From Raillietiella orientalis (Eukaryota), in assembly GCA_036172245.1 (NCBI GenBank), contig JAYWIR010000020.1, positions 3,348,001 through 3,412,000 of the forward strand: a stretch of 64,000 nt of DNA, in the 5' to 3' direction. The notes beneath the pieces are model-generated. The model saw only the letters and a program-made list of their open reading frames with translations, was not told the DNA's origin and made no database searches. Below are positions 24,301 through 37,999 of the stretch, in pieces. The first letter of the stretch is position 1. Each line of letters starts with the position of its first letter. Made by a program: the position numbers and the translations under genes.

Positions 24301-26649
24301 CGCATCCGGGCGTGTCCCGTCCGCCGCCGATCCCCGACAGGAGCTTGCGGCCACGGGAGAGTCCGCGCCAGGTGGGCAGGCGGCAGAGGTTCCCGCGGAC
24401 GCCCGAGGCTCCTGGCGAGACGGCAGCCGAGACGAAACCTTGGCGACGGACGGACGGACGGTCTTGCCTGCGAGAGGCGGGGCTTCTGCCGTGGCTCGAA
24501 GTGGCCCGGAGACGAAAGGAGGCTGGGTGCCGTCGTCTCTGCTCGCCCCGGGTGGCTCCTCCAGGAAGTCAGCGAGCCGGTGCACGGGTCACGGCCAGAG
24601 CGGCACGTGTGGCGAGCATCGCGGGGGACCGCGGGCCGGCAGCCATCTGCTGTTCCGCCGGGTGTGCCCTAGCAAGGTGTGCCTCACGCTAAGGGTGAGA
24701 GCGACGATCTCCCTACGAGCAGAGGGAGGTCGGACGCCGAGAGCACCTCCACACACAGTCAGCCGGCTCTACGAACGAGGCGTGGATCTCGGAGCGGCCC
24801 GGCCCGCTTCCTCCCGAAAAGCACCCGGGACGCGGCGGCGCATCCCCGAGTAGCCGACGGAGAACTCGGCGCTGCTGGTCGTCCGCGCGCGGCGGTCCCC
24901 ACCGCGGACCGGGCATATCCCGACGACGACGACGACGACGACGAGGCGCGCGCGTGCGACGCCGCCTCCGCCGCTGCCCACGGCGTGCAGTCACCAACTG
25001 CGAGAAGATTCGCCCGGAACGGCGGCGAGTCACGACTCGGAAGAAACCCCATCGGATCCCGGCGCGGGACGCGCGCTCTTGGGATTCAACCGACGGTGTT
25101 CCGGGCAGCGGCGTGCGTGCGGCGAACCGTTGCGGCGAAGCTGCCGAGTTACCCGTCGAGGAGCCACACGCCCGTTCCCTCCAGCTGCCCCCTGCGAGGC
25201 GACTGGGGGGATCGGAAGGGAGGGCGACCGTCGCGGAACGGAGCTCGTCGCGCATGCAACGGAATCGCGTTACGCGCATGCGCGCGAGAGAGAGAGAGGG
25301 AGAGGGAGAAAGGGAGAGAGAGAGAAAAAGCGATCATCTGTTTCTTGAGATCCACCAAGATCCTCCTGCAGATGTGCTCCACGCGGAGACGGAGGGAGTA
25401 ACATCATGAGCCTCCCGCAAGCGGCGCTCCCTACCGTGTCGCTGGTCCTTTCCTCAAACAGGGTTGCACTTTGTGGGCGTAGCGAAGGAGGCCATTTCCG
25501 CACAGTATTTGACGGTGTTCAAAACATTGGGATTCTCGTTAGCCCTGGCGCCGCATCGAAGTAGGCGGTGCTCTTGAGCTCGACGCCGACCACGTGCACC
25601 ATTGAAGTTTCCGAAGCACCGTCGATCGAGCATTCCGTTTGAGACGAGCTCGTTGCCAAGGTCACGCACTTGCCGCAATGCTTCGTACGCAGGCTGCTCC
25701 CGAGCTACGTCGCCTGCCTGCCTTCCAGAGCTGCACGTCGAGTGCGCTCGAAACCATCAGGAAATGGGTACGACAGCCATAAAGCATCGTTTATTGCGAC
25801 AGCCTGCCCTACGACCGCTTGCCTTCGACATGCAATCCTATTGACAGCAATGACACGATCATCGCGTGCACCGCCGTGCAGTCTTGCCGGCGAGCACGCG
25901 GCACGGACGTGTGACGGGACTTCCCCCCCCCCCCTTTCCCCTCTCCGAATCGAAGCGACGCAGGAATCGGTCCCTCCTCCCCTCGCTCGCGAAAGGTCTC
26001 CGGAGCGGCGGGAGTTCGACGAGGGACCCGCGGACTTTGGCTCGTCCTCGCTCCGCCGCCGCGCGTACTGTTGGCGCGGCGGCGGCTCTTCCGTCGGAGC
26101 TGACGGACGGTGGGAGCGAGGAGGCCGCCGCCGCCCCGCGCGACCCGCCGCCGCCGGGCGGCGCGCGTACCTGCGGCAGAAGCGCTCCCGTGCGCTTCGC
26201 CACGCGGCCGCGCGTGTCGCGGGAGTCGGAAGCAGCGAGTCGTCCCGTGTCGCCACCGCCGCCGCGCGTTGGAAAAAGACGGCGCCGAAACGGTCCGCGC
26301 GTGGTTGAAAAAGCCCACGGCAAGGATTGAGGGAGGGGGCCCCTGTGATGCAGAGCGGTTGCCACGACCGCAGAGACAGCCGAGTTTTTGTCCCGTGAAT
26401 CGGGCTGGGGGCGGATGGAGATCGAAAGGCGATCCCCGCGAAGCGAACAGCTCTTGGCCCGGCAGTCCGGGAGCCTTCCCGTTGGAGATTTGTCCTCCGG
26501 ATGCATGCATCCACCGGCCCTCTGCTTGGAGAGGACTGGAGGTGCTTTCTTCGGAGCCTTAGGCGGAAAGCGCCGCCCTTTCCGATCCCCGATCATCTCA
26601 ACTGCAACGATTTCGCTTTTGGATGCATTCGACCGCTCCGCTGAATGGC

Positions 26650-27400
26650 GCTAGCCGCACCGCGGAGGTTCCAGCGTTCGAGCCCGGAAAGACTCAGCGC
26701 CCTTCGTCCGTCTCAACGGGGAAACCTGCGACGCCCCACTCGTCCACTTCCCCCTCCTGCCTCCGGCTCCACCTTTGGCTCCGGCGACCAAGAGAGAAAA
26801 AATGGCGTTTGCAGAGAGCCGCGTCGGGGAACCAGGATCTCCACGGGTGATAGCAGATTCGCGTTCCTGCTTCCTTCCATTCCCGTCCTCCCTTCCGTGC
26901 GGGTGCCAGGGTCGGTCCAAGCATCCACCTGGAGACCAGTTGGATCGGCGGCGGCGGCGTCCTTTGGGGAACCCAGAACTCGCCTCGGAAGCTTCTGGCT
27001 CCGTGAGATCCGCCGATCCCACGTTCTGTTCCGAGGATGCGCACCCTCGGTGCCTGGGAAGCCACCAAGGAAAAACGCCCTGCGCCATCCTGAGCGAAAA
27101 AAAGGAGCCAGGTCCACGCATCCCCCAGTGGACGCCGGAGTCTTGTGGAAGCAGACGGCCAACAGACCCTCTGCTGCCCACCCTCTTCCTCCTCTTCCTC
27201 TCCCCGTACTGCTCCGGACTGAGCATGGACGCACGGGAAGGAGGCAGGCTCATCGCCGGGAAATCCGAACCAGTGGGCCGAGGCCGCTCCGGGCCGGAAG
27301 ACAAGGAGCCGAGTGGATGGGAAGCAAAGGAGCCGTCCGGGGTAGGGAGGGATGGGGGGGAGGGAGGAAGGAGGCGTAGGGGATCACCCGGAGACGCAGC
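26650..27400 (-). mobile_element. ORF1-like remnant
   Basis: ARSFRGEFWV, the FRG motif of the family. Confidence 0.3.
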
Positions 27401-29499
27401 TGGCTTCGCTGGAGCGAGTCCGAGGAGTGGATTCGGCGGGGCGCCCTCCCGGCCCCCGCGCACTCGCACGGGCCTCCGCCATCGCTGATGATCTGACGGC
27501 AGCGGGGGAGCAGCAGCGCGCTCTCGAGGCGGGGAGGGCAAGCTTTCGCCGCGCCCGGCCGCCTCAGCGAGCATCTTGCGGGGGCGCGCGCAGAGAACTT
27601 CCCGTCTCCCTGGTGACTACGCGCATTTTCTCTGCGTGCTGCCTGGTGAGGAATGCAGACGGCAGGTGACAGTGCGCGCGTCCCATCGCGCGGTCGAGGA
27701 GAACAGGCAGCCCGCCGCCTAGGAAACCGTCCCACGTGAACTCGGGTCTCGATGCGTCGCCGCCTTTCCTCCTCTCCCCGCTTGCGTCCTTCGTGACGCG
27801 TGCGTTGCCTTGCCTACGTGGAACGTAGTCATGGGACACTTCGTTCGATTCCGGAAGGAAACACTCCGTTCGTCTTCCGAACAAGCACTCGGGTCGGGTG
27901 TTATCAATCAGCTGCTCATGCCAGAGACAGCGCAAAATCGGTTCAACGGAGGGACAAAAAAAAAATAATAATAATTTGCAAATGGCTTGCGCACGCGGGG
28001 GTGGAAGAGGGGGGGAGGAGAGAGATTCACGAGGCGCGGGAATCACCAGCTGGAGCGTTCGCTTTCCGAAGTTGTTTGGAATCCCCTCCGCCAAGGCAGA
28101 GATCGTGGGGGGGGGAAGACCCACTTGCGTAGGAGGCGCCGACGCTTGCTTCTCCCCGACCGACAGACGCGCGAAACACCGCAATGACGCGTACGCGCCA
28201 TTCTTGGCAGACGAGCGAAAACAACGCTCCACGCAAGCGCTCGCGACGAGCTGTTCCACTTGCGAGACGCAACAATGCCGCCGCCGCGCGCTTTCCTCGC
28301 CATGCAACGCGCAGGCGTGCCGAAGTGGGGAATCTGCCGCAGCGGCTCGGCGTGCAGTGCGCCCCCCCCCCGTTCCGTCGACCTCGTGCGTTCGTGCTAC
28401 TGCGTTTGCTGCTGGCCACAGTCCCCCCCCCCCCCCCAGAGGTCTCCTCCCTGCGTCCCACTCGAACCAACGTGCGGAACAGCTCTCCCTCGAGGACGAG
28501 GTCGGGGTGCCCTTAGGACCAGCAGCCCTTTTACCCGCCGCCCTGCTAAGCCTCCGTTCCGACGCGCCGGGCGTGCTCCATTTGGTGCGTCGCAGCGGCA
28601 CGCTCCTTCCTTTGTGACGCGTCCGACTCCTCTTGCACGGACCGTTGACGTGCATCTTCTCGACGGCACTGGGATCGAGTCTCCGGGCTCTCGGTTCGAT
28701 TACGCCCAGAGTCTCGGAGTCCGGCGCAGTTCCGTGCTCGGGGAACGCACGCTCGCGACGTCGTCTGGGAAACGCGACGGCGGTGCGCGCGTCCGCCGCT
28801 TGTTTGATGCGGTGATGTGACCGCTGCGTCTTGGCGCGTCGCGCTGCACCCATGGTTCGGCGGGGTAAGGCGGGCGGGAAGGGCCTGGTGAGGAAAAAGA
28901 CGCAGTTGCCGCGCGCACGGATGTTCTCGCGTCTGCACCCGCTGTGCCTGTTTTTTTTTTTTTGTTTGACGCTCCCAGGAACGACGGAGGTGGAAAAAAA
29001 AAAAAAAAAAACCCTCCTCAAAAGCAGCAAATCTCTCCCCACGCTGGACCGCGAGCGGGAAGAATGTGCAGGCGACTACACGTTTTGAAGAGACGCGGAA
29101 AGTTGCCGTCGTCCCTACCCTCTCTCTAGCCCATGCCGGTATGGAGGCGGCGCGCGCGCGCGGGCATTCCGGTTGGACTCCCATGCCTGGACCGCGCAGT
29201 TAGAAAAACACCGCAGATCCGCAGCTTCCAAGCGATCCAGTTTTTTTTCTCCCCTCTCTCCTTCGACTCCAGGGAACGGCGAACGGGTGTGCACTCGCAA
29301 AACCTACCGCTTCCCCCCCCTCCTGCCCGACTTTCCCACCGCTCGCGCGCCAGGAAGCGGCAAAGGGCGGCGGATCGCTTTCCCGCGGCAACGCGCGACG
29401 GAGCGGCCATCCAGGTCTTGCATCGGAGCCGCGGGACGGCTTCCCAAAGGGTGATCGCCTCTCCTCCCTCCTTTACAGGACTCGACCCTGAGGGTTCTT

Positions 29500-30170
29500 C
29501 GAGGACACTCCCCTTCGAAAAGACCACCTTCCTGAAAGTCCCAGGTGAGCGAAACCACGGACGAAGGAACGAGCCACCTCCCCTCCAGGAACAACGGCTT
29601 CAGGTAGTCAGGGCGGCCGCCTCCTCGAAGAGTGCCTTGCATCCCTTTCCATCCTCTCTCGCGGGCCACGTCTCTAGCGAGAACACGGAGGAGAATGCCG
29701 CTCGACGGTCGTCAAGGAAACGGTCGTTCGCCTTCCCGGGAAACCCGCCGTCTGCCGAGAGCGACACCGGCGCGGAGGAAGGACGCAGGAGGAACCAGGA
29801 GAGCAGTCTGAGAAACGTTAGAGAAGGGACGGCAGGGCTCCTCCGCCACTCTCTCCTTGGATGTCCTTCCCGCTCGGAGGAAGGGCGCCTCGAGGCACCC
29901 TCCTCTCTTATTCTCAGCTGCCTCCCTGCCCACAGGGAAGGAAGCAGTCCCCGAACCGGGGGTTCGGGCCCAGGGAGACGGAGTTCGCAGGAATCGGGGC
30001 CTCCTTGCCTCCCCTCCGATGCCATTCTCGGCGATGGGAGAGTCAGGTGCGTCGAGGAAGGTCGAGCTGCGACCCACCGAATGGACACACTCTCGACGTT
30101 AAGTTTTGCGAGAGCTGCCTCGAGAGTCAACAGCAGCGCCGCCAGAGAGTTGTGCGCGCGCTGCGCATGC
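29500..30170 (-). mobile_element. ORF1-like remnant
   Basis: LEAALAKLNVESVSI...PSLWAGRQLRI. Confidence 0.3.
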
Positions 30171-30899
30171 ACCTGAGGCTGCGCAGCCCGCCGAGGAGAG
30201 ATTTTTCCCCGAGCGTCGTCGTCGTCGCCGCGCGCGTTCGCGTGCGCGGCCTAAGCTGCTCTCCGTCTGCGTGCTCAACGGTGAACGGGCCGCGCGCGTG
30301 CGCGCTCCTGGCGGAGGAAGCGGAACGGCGGACGCCACCGTCGGAAGTCTCGATCGACCGCAGCGACTCCACGAAAAAATCCGCGTCGTCCGCAGCGACC
30401 ACAGTGAGGCCGTGCGACGATGGCCCACCGGAAGTTACGACAGCCGCGAGGCGACGCCGCACCGAACGCGGTGGAGTTGCCCTAACAGCAGCTCGCGAGC
30501 CAACAATGGAGCGAGGGCGGCAGCCACCAACAATGCCTCAGAAAAAGAGAGAGAAAGAGAAGGGGAGGAGGAGGGAAGAGCGTAGCGTGGCAACGCAAGC
30601 ACGGGCTCCTTGGCAGCTGCGCGCGGCGACGCCGGTGCACGTGGCAGCCCTCTCTCCCCATCCCGGAGGGTAGCACTCTGCGGGAAGCCTCGGGCCGTTG
30701 CACGAGGAGGCACAACAGACCTCCCTCGCCCCGCGGATCGTGAGGACCGGAGAACCACCAGAGGAAGGGCGCGCGCGGCCCCTCCTCCGAGAACAGTAAA
30801 AGGCGGCTTGGCGGGGAAACTTCCAGAAGGTGGAGACCAAGGGCCAAGCGAGGCGCCTCGGGGGGTGGCCGGAGGCTACCGCCCGTCTTCGAGAGACTC

Positions 30900-31950
30900 G
30901 CTCCTGAATCTCCTGAAGGAGGCGATGCTTGTCCAGTAAGCTGGTGCACGCCCAGCCCCCCCCCCCCCCGTGAGGGGTCAGGAAGAGCACCCCGGGCTCC
31001 AGGCTGCTGCTGCGCTCGACGGCGGGGGTTGCGTCCCGCCTGCCCTGCAGGCGCGCGTGGCGCCTCCGGCAGCTGCACGGCGAGGGGTCCGCGCTAGGCA
31101 GAGCTGCTGTGGTCGCTGCTGGCGATGGGAAAGTCCCTCACAGTCCCCAGGGAAATCTGCGGCCCTCAAGGTCTCTGAGGTTGGAGGATGCTCAACCCTC
31201 AGGTGTCCCCGCCCTCCCCCTCAGGCGAAGCGACTCCTCGTGGGTCTTCCGGATGCTGCGGGTGGGAGCAGCCTATCGCAAGTCCCTCGGTGTCTCTGAG
31301 CGGCGGCCCCGCTTTCGCAAGGATGCTGTGGCAGGGTCGGAAGGAGGGAAAGAGGGGGAGTTGGGTGGGGGTGGACTCTCCCGAGTCTTCAAGGGGGCTC
31401 TTCCTCCGTCTAGTGTGGAGAGGCGGCTCGGAGGGAGCGCCGCGGGAGAGACTTTTCCTCCCCTCCGCAGGGGAGGGTACAGCGGAACTTCGGAGCAGGT
31501 GCTCTCCCGCGTGGTCGCTGGGCAGGAGGGCCTCCGCCCCGGGGCCAGCAGTGTCCCTTTTCTCTGGTCCTTGCCGGTTGACCTTGGATGGGGGGATGCG
31601 CTCGCACCTCTTCCGAGCGCGGGGGGTGGGTCCTCACGGCTCCCCCTCCCTCTTCATCCCTCTTCTGGACTGGGCCAGCCACCTGCCGCTGAGGACTCAC
31701 CAGGTAGGTCCCACCGCTCTCTCGGAGGAACTCCTGCCGACGGGACCGCGCTCCACCCCACTTGCCGGGGTCAGCAACTGGGGTGGCGAGTACGGATGCG
31801 ACCACGCGGTTCGGGGCGCGTCCGCCTCGGTGAGGCGGAAGAGGGAGGAAGGCGCAGGCAGGAACTTGGACCAAGGAGGGGCTTGGAGAGAGAAGGGGCG
31901 TTTCCGACGCCCTCGAGCTAAGAATGCCGACGTTGCCCTCACTCCCTCCC
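30900..31950 (-). mobile_element. ORF1-like remnant
   Basis: VEHPPTSETLRAADFPGDCEGL resembles the ERPVLP...RTA...PGCFGL motif. Confidence 0.3.
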
Positions 31951-34900
31951 TTCATCCCTTCCTGGAACGTCCCTTGGCTCTCCTGTTCCAGACTGGCTCT
32001 CACTGCTGCCCTCTGGGGCGGGCTTTCCCTAGTTCGCTGGGGTTCTTCAGAGCCACGCCATTGCCGAGGAAACCCTCGCGAGCCTTGAAGCTCTCTCTAA
32101 GCGGGTTCGACCTCGAATAGATCCGGTAATCAACCCGGTTTCGGGAAGTTCCGCAGTGCACGACCGTGCACGTCAACGCTGTTCGACGTCCCTTCGCACG
32201 GGGAGGTCGCCTCGGGGAACCGGCAAAACCATGCAGCGCTCTGGCTTCGCCACCCCTCAGCACATCTTTCCGAGCCCCTTCGCAGGTGACAATGTAATCG
32301 CAATTTTTTTTCTTTTTGGGCGGGGTGGCTGGGTGGAAAGAGGAGGAGGAAAGCTCTCCCGTTTTCGAGGAAGAGAGAAAGGGGCAGATACCAAAGTCAG
32401 CAGGAGAGATCGGAGGAAGAGCAGCGGGAGCACCAGCCAAGCGTTGCATGCCGCTGCGGACCTCTGCTGGAGTGAAGCGGAACGCATCCGGATGGAGCGC
32501 TCGGTCTGATTCCCTGTGCGCACGCGCTCCTTTGGCGGACATCTCACAGGTAGCAGCAGCCTTGGATTGTAAGGAAACGATGAAGAAAAAAAAAAAAAAG
32601 AGGAAAGGAGGAAGGACGAAGAAGAAAAGCACGACTATCCCCATGGTTGCTTACCCCAGGACGTACAAGAACTGTTTCTTTTGCAACTCTCATGTGAGCT
32701 CGGCCATCGCATGCACTTGTGATGCATTCATTGCAGCACAACTGATGAAGCAAATGCAGCATCCTAAAACGAACTGCACGTAATCGTTAAGCGAATTGTA
32801 ACAGATACGAGAAACTGGTTCTGTTTTGTTTTCTGAGGTCAGTCTAAGACATAAGCTCCAGGCACCCTTGGAAAAACATGCAGTGATGATGACGGTTCCC
32901 ACCAAGTCATGCAAAGGTCGTTTCTTGCATCTGTTCTCTGATGCTAGCGGGCCATGTCCAACACGCGGCTCAGAGCTCAAAGATTTGCTCCAATTTTTTT
33001 TTCTTTTTTTTATTCGCAACAGATACGGGGGTCCGGCAGGATATGACGTAACAATGGGCAACGGGCTAATCGCTCCACGATCTACGCCATATGGTGGGGG
33101 AGAACTTCAAGCTTCTGGACCTCGAGAGCACTTAAGCAGTCTCCTCCGTTCGCTCTCCTTCGCATTCACCGCGGAGTCGATAAAAGCGAGAACACTAATT
33201 TGTGTGTAGGATTTTCGGTCAGGTCTCCAGAGCGCCGAGGCCATCAAACAACACTTTGAACGTCACCCCAAAGGAAAAACCTGAAGTGCCGAACAATATG
33301 GAGGAAACCAAAGTGTAAAGTTTCAATAGCCAAGATGGGAAACTATGGCAAACACACGTATGAATTCCAATCAATCGATATGAAGACGCTACACCGTGCA
33401 CTCATTAATTTTCTCAGCTTTCACAAAGAGGAAAATCTTGCCCGAGGCGATTTCGATTTCGAAATGTCCGTTCACATCGATAGTGGAAGACGAGGAAGAA
33501 GAAAACACACACACATTTCATTCCTCAAGAAGGTGAAGATTTTAAAGAAAATCATCATCATTTCCGATATTTTCAAACATTCAGATGATGGGTATGAGAT
33601 GCGAGTTCTCGAAAAGATGGAAATGCCATGCTTTCTGCATTTTTTTCGTGTGGTTGTTTATTTTCATTACGTAGGCGGAATATTTATGGGTTAAAACGCC
33701 TACAGCCAAAGCAAACGAAACACCCTTGCTGGACAGAGATACCAACTAAAACATCCTTTGATGCAACACTGTGTTCCTCACACTGCATTTTACGAATGCG
33801 AGTGCATTAGGGATTCATCTCGATTGCAAAGATCATCGGAGTCTGCTTTCGCGGGATTCTCTGCCTGCAGCTCCATATTTTCTCTCTCTCTCCCCCTCTC
33901 TCTCTCACATCTACTTCAGGTCGGATTTACCCAGAGAAGAAGTTTCGTTACATGATACTTGATGGTGTGTGGAATAATCGTTCCAAACAGTAATCTCCCT
34001 GATTTGAGTAAACTGTCCTATCGTGATGGAACAAAAAGTCTCCTCCTTTAAGATTAACGCACCTTAAATCAAAGGGAGGAGGAATTTCCATCGCATGATA
34101 CAAGTCGTCATCCGCATCGATTTTCACCACCTACGAAGGAAATAAGAACACGCTGGATCGTGAAAACAAGCAATTTTTTATTTTTTTTTTAAATGCTTCG
34201 ACCCTTAAAGTTCCTGAATTCAAACTCTAACTCAAGACCGCCGTTATTTATTACATTTTGTAAATTAAACTGAACACAGTGCATGTGTATATGCGTGCTG
34301 TCTCTCCCCCCCCCCTCCCCCTTCACTGCACCTTCCACAAGACCAAAAAAAAAAAAATAGGCAGCAGCAAAAGAAATAAAGCGTTCCCCCCCTTTGTCTA
34401 GAAAACTGTTGAAAGCTGCTAACAAAAATTTTTCCATCCTGAGACTGTATTTATTGATCACCATGGTTCTAGCTTGAAGAATATTTTAAAGAATGTTGAC
34501 CTTTGATGCACAAGCGCCGCAGAGAAAACTAGAATACTCATCCACGGACCTCGTGTTTTTCCCCTCAAATTTTTTCTTTGTTCGTATGCGAACTACTCCT
34601 CCACCACACTCCCGTAGTTTCCTCCTCAACAAATCAACGAGAGGGAGAAAACGAACGCATTAAACGAGTGATATCAATAAGCTGATACCGCGGGATTCGT
34701 GCTGGTCACCTGATTAAAATAAAAACCACAAATGGGAAGCAGAAGCGACTTTCAGAAGAGGCATGACAGTTTTGCCCGTTCGCTTTTGATTTTTCCCTTA
34801 CGAAATTCTTCGAGGGCTTTCCGATCACTAATGCTTGGCTTGGCGTTCTCTCCTGCTCCCAATTCTGTTAATTTCATGTGACCTTTTAGAAACTGGCGCT

Positions 34901-35579
34901 CGCGTATCTGTGCGGCTCGTTGGGATGCGGTGGTTCCAATCTAATTGTAGCGCTATGGATTTCTCCAGAACGAATTGCAAGGAGAAACTTGCAGCTGACA
35001 GGTTTACATTGTTGACCCACTCTGTAAATAGCTTTAACAATAAAACTGAAGGCTGGATCTTCCATTGTTTGTTTGGAACGAAAACTTGTATAGGCTAAGG
35101 GAGGAAAAACAGGTTACGATCACTGGCATCACAGAGAGGGTGTCGACGGAGTGGATGGCGGGTGATTCATGATGAGTGCAAGAAGCTGCGATTCCGAACA
35201 GCTAAGACGGTGAACGTGGAAATGTTTTCCTCGTTCCACACTTCCCCGTTTGCGCAACCGCCCGAAAGTTCTCCACGGAACAACGAGAATTTTTTCCTAT
35301 GAGTGTTTAACATTCCCCGAATAGCTTGGCGGAATTTTGACAAAAAGAGAACGAACTTGAGGAGAAAGTAAAAAGATCACAAATGGTGCGATAGAAAACG
35401 AAAGTGAAAGAACGAAATGCTGAGAAAGCTCTCGGCAGCTTGCGCCCAACGAATGTGCCGCCGAAGGAACAACACATTAAGGCTCCTCGACGGATGCAGA
35501 TAACGTGGCCTAGCAACGTTCCCAATTAAAAAAACAGCACCGCAAGATAACAATCCGATGAGGCTGCTATCGATGCAAA

Positions 35580-37300
35580 TTGTTTGATGATGGAGAGTCA
35601 CTGCGTCTTCTCCCCCCTCCCCTGTTACCTGCCGTTTTCTTCCTTACGAGAGTTGTTGACAGGTTATTTGGTTCCAGGGATATGATGCGATGCTTTCTGG
35701 AACAATCGCTTAAAAGGATAGGGCGTTACGGTAGCAGGAACTTGAAGTTTCTCTACTCAAGGCTACCCTGGCGACTGATCCATGTTCACTTCGCAGAACT
35801 GTTTCCGGAGAAGAAATCTACTGTTATGAGACTTTTCCATGATCGCTTTTGAAAAAGGGATAACACAAACCCGGGTTACGAGGAACCTTTCTTTGACTGC
35901 GAGGAAGATCACCTGCTTTAGCGGCCGTGATGGGAATCACGGAGAGCATCGATTGGGTGGAGCTGCAGGTCTGAGCACGTGTTTCTACTCACGGGACATT
36001 CGTGTATGCTTGCCCTTTGGTGGGAGGCACTGTGTTTCTCGGGACATAGACTGCGCGCATGTAGCCACCGACCATTCCTTGAGGCTTATCTCTGATGAGT
36101 GGGGGTTTGTTAACAAAACACATCAGCTTCAGGAGCTCATCCTCCTGGGACCAACAGCTCTCTTCTATAAAGAGGAGAAGTCTCATCCCACAGTGCCTTC
36201 CCTGCTCGAAGAACGACTTGAAAGAACAGAAACGACATTCTGAGTCGATATTTAAGCCTGAACGAACAGGAACGGAAGTAGCCTCAAACTCTGCTCTTCT
36301 GTGCTCCCAACCGATCGCCACAGGGCTCTCGGAGCACTCCCTAACCTTGTTCTGGACCTCTGGCACCTAACAACCGCGTTTCCATGAGAAGATCCTTCGA
36401 AAACTGAGATCTCCCACAAGTTTTGCTAATGGAAGACCATTGCCGTCTACGCTGATTTGAGACTCCAACTTTGCCAAAGCACCCCAGACTGGAAAGCTAT
36501 CCCCTCCATTTCCAGTAGTAGGAAGACCTCGAAGGTTGCAAGAACACGTGCGTGTATGTGTATGTATGGGCATTGTTGTCTCAGAGAAACGCAGACATAA
36601 TAGAAGTCAGAGTCTGGAATCACATGATCCATTTAAAGAGCAAGCTGGAAGAGGGGTTAAGCTTACATGAAGCTTTCTACGACCACGTTTGCCAGCCACA
36701 TGCTGCCATCCCCACGTTTTCAAGAAGCAGAGCAGGGATCTACTCTTGGGAACAGGAAAGAACGGCCCAAGATGCTTTCTTACGCGCGCAGCGCGATCCT
36801 GAAGGACTTCTCGTGAAACTTTTCACCAGAGAGCAGCTGGCGGGAGATGCCGATCCTCGGGAGGCAGACCCTCCCGTTTCGACAGGAAAAGATGGAAAGG
36901 GCTCTCGAAGATCTGATTCCTCTGTGAGAGGGCTGAGGAAGCACACAAAAGCTGGGACGGCCTACGAATCCACCTGGAATGTGATCAACGGCCAGGCAAC
37001 ACCGCCACTTTGCCCCCGCACCATACTCTCTGCCCTCTGCGTGAGACGCCCTCCTTCAAGAAGTGACAGAAGATTTATCCTGTGGAGCAATCGAAAAGAG
37101 GAGGAGGTGCTGAAGAGCAATGAGCAGAAACGAGAAACCGAGTTCCCTCCGGGGGGAGTTCTTTTCATCATCGATGCTTGGCATTCCGGAAGATACGCCT
37201 GTAGGACTCGGGACATCCGGGCAACGAGGACCTTGCTGCTGCTCTTTCAGAGCCCGGCTCAGGGGCTCGGCTTTTCAGAGCTCTTTCAGGAGTCGTAGGA
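35580..37300 (+). mobile_element. Highly degenerate L1/Tx1-like ORF2 relic: APE endonuclease, start of RT, internal deletion, C-terminal remnants
   Basis: APE-like: GR...RLIHVHF...RLFHDRF, CFSGRDGN (GDFN-like) and VATDHS (SDH-like). RT-like: NGRPLPSTLI*DSNFAK (like NWRPISLLNxDYKILAK) and LSLHEAFYDHV (like LDxEKAFDxV). C-terminal: KLFTREQL and MLGIPED. Motifs are collinear but weak. Confidence 0.55.
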
Positions 37301-37999
37301 GACGGCTCGAGAGCTGCTTCGCGAGCTCCTGGTTAACAAGGGTTGGTCTTCGCTAGCTGATGAGCCAGCGCTTTCATGGAGTCGGCGGAGGCTCTCCTGC
37401 AGTTGACGAAGGCCTTCCTCAACTCCGTTGCCCCGATTCTCACATCTTACTTCTCCACCTCCACTGCCTCTCATCTTCGAACGCTGCGACTGACTCCATC
37501 CCCGTCCTCCGAGTGCAAGAGAGGGTCACGCGTGAACGGGGCGGCTGCGAGCACGGAGACAGAGGGTGCGAACGAGGAGCAACTGCACGCGGCGAAAACG
37601 CCGGAGGCGCGAAGGGACGGACGTCCTTGCGATCGGCAACCTCGTGTCGCGACGCGCCGATCGGTCTTTCTCCCTTCAGGGTTCTCCGCCCGAACCTTTT
37701 CTTCCTTGCCTCCGGGCGACCCCCTCTGTCCATGAGCTTTCCCCGCCCTTCCACTCGGCGGCTCGAAACCTTTTCGCCTTGGACCGGCACTCTCTCGCGC
37801 CCGTGACCTCCTCCCCTCCCTCACGCAGACCCAGAGGCGACTTTCCTCGAGCGGTGAGCTCGCCTATCCATACCCTGAGGTGAGTCGGGCGCCCTCGAGG
37901 GGGAGTGCCGACCCGTCCCAACGAGGGCCTGGCTGAGGGGTGCCCACGAATGGAGGAGGCATGTAGGAGCTTCCTGGTACGCGCACGCCCCGTCTGTCC

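Noticed and set aside
27564..29042. 492-aa minus-strand ORF
   Set aside because: Reads through homopolymer runs, has low-complexity composition and no domain.
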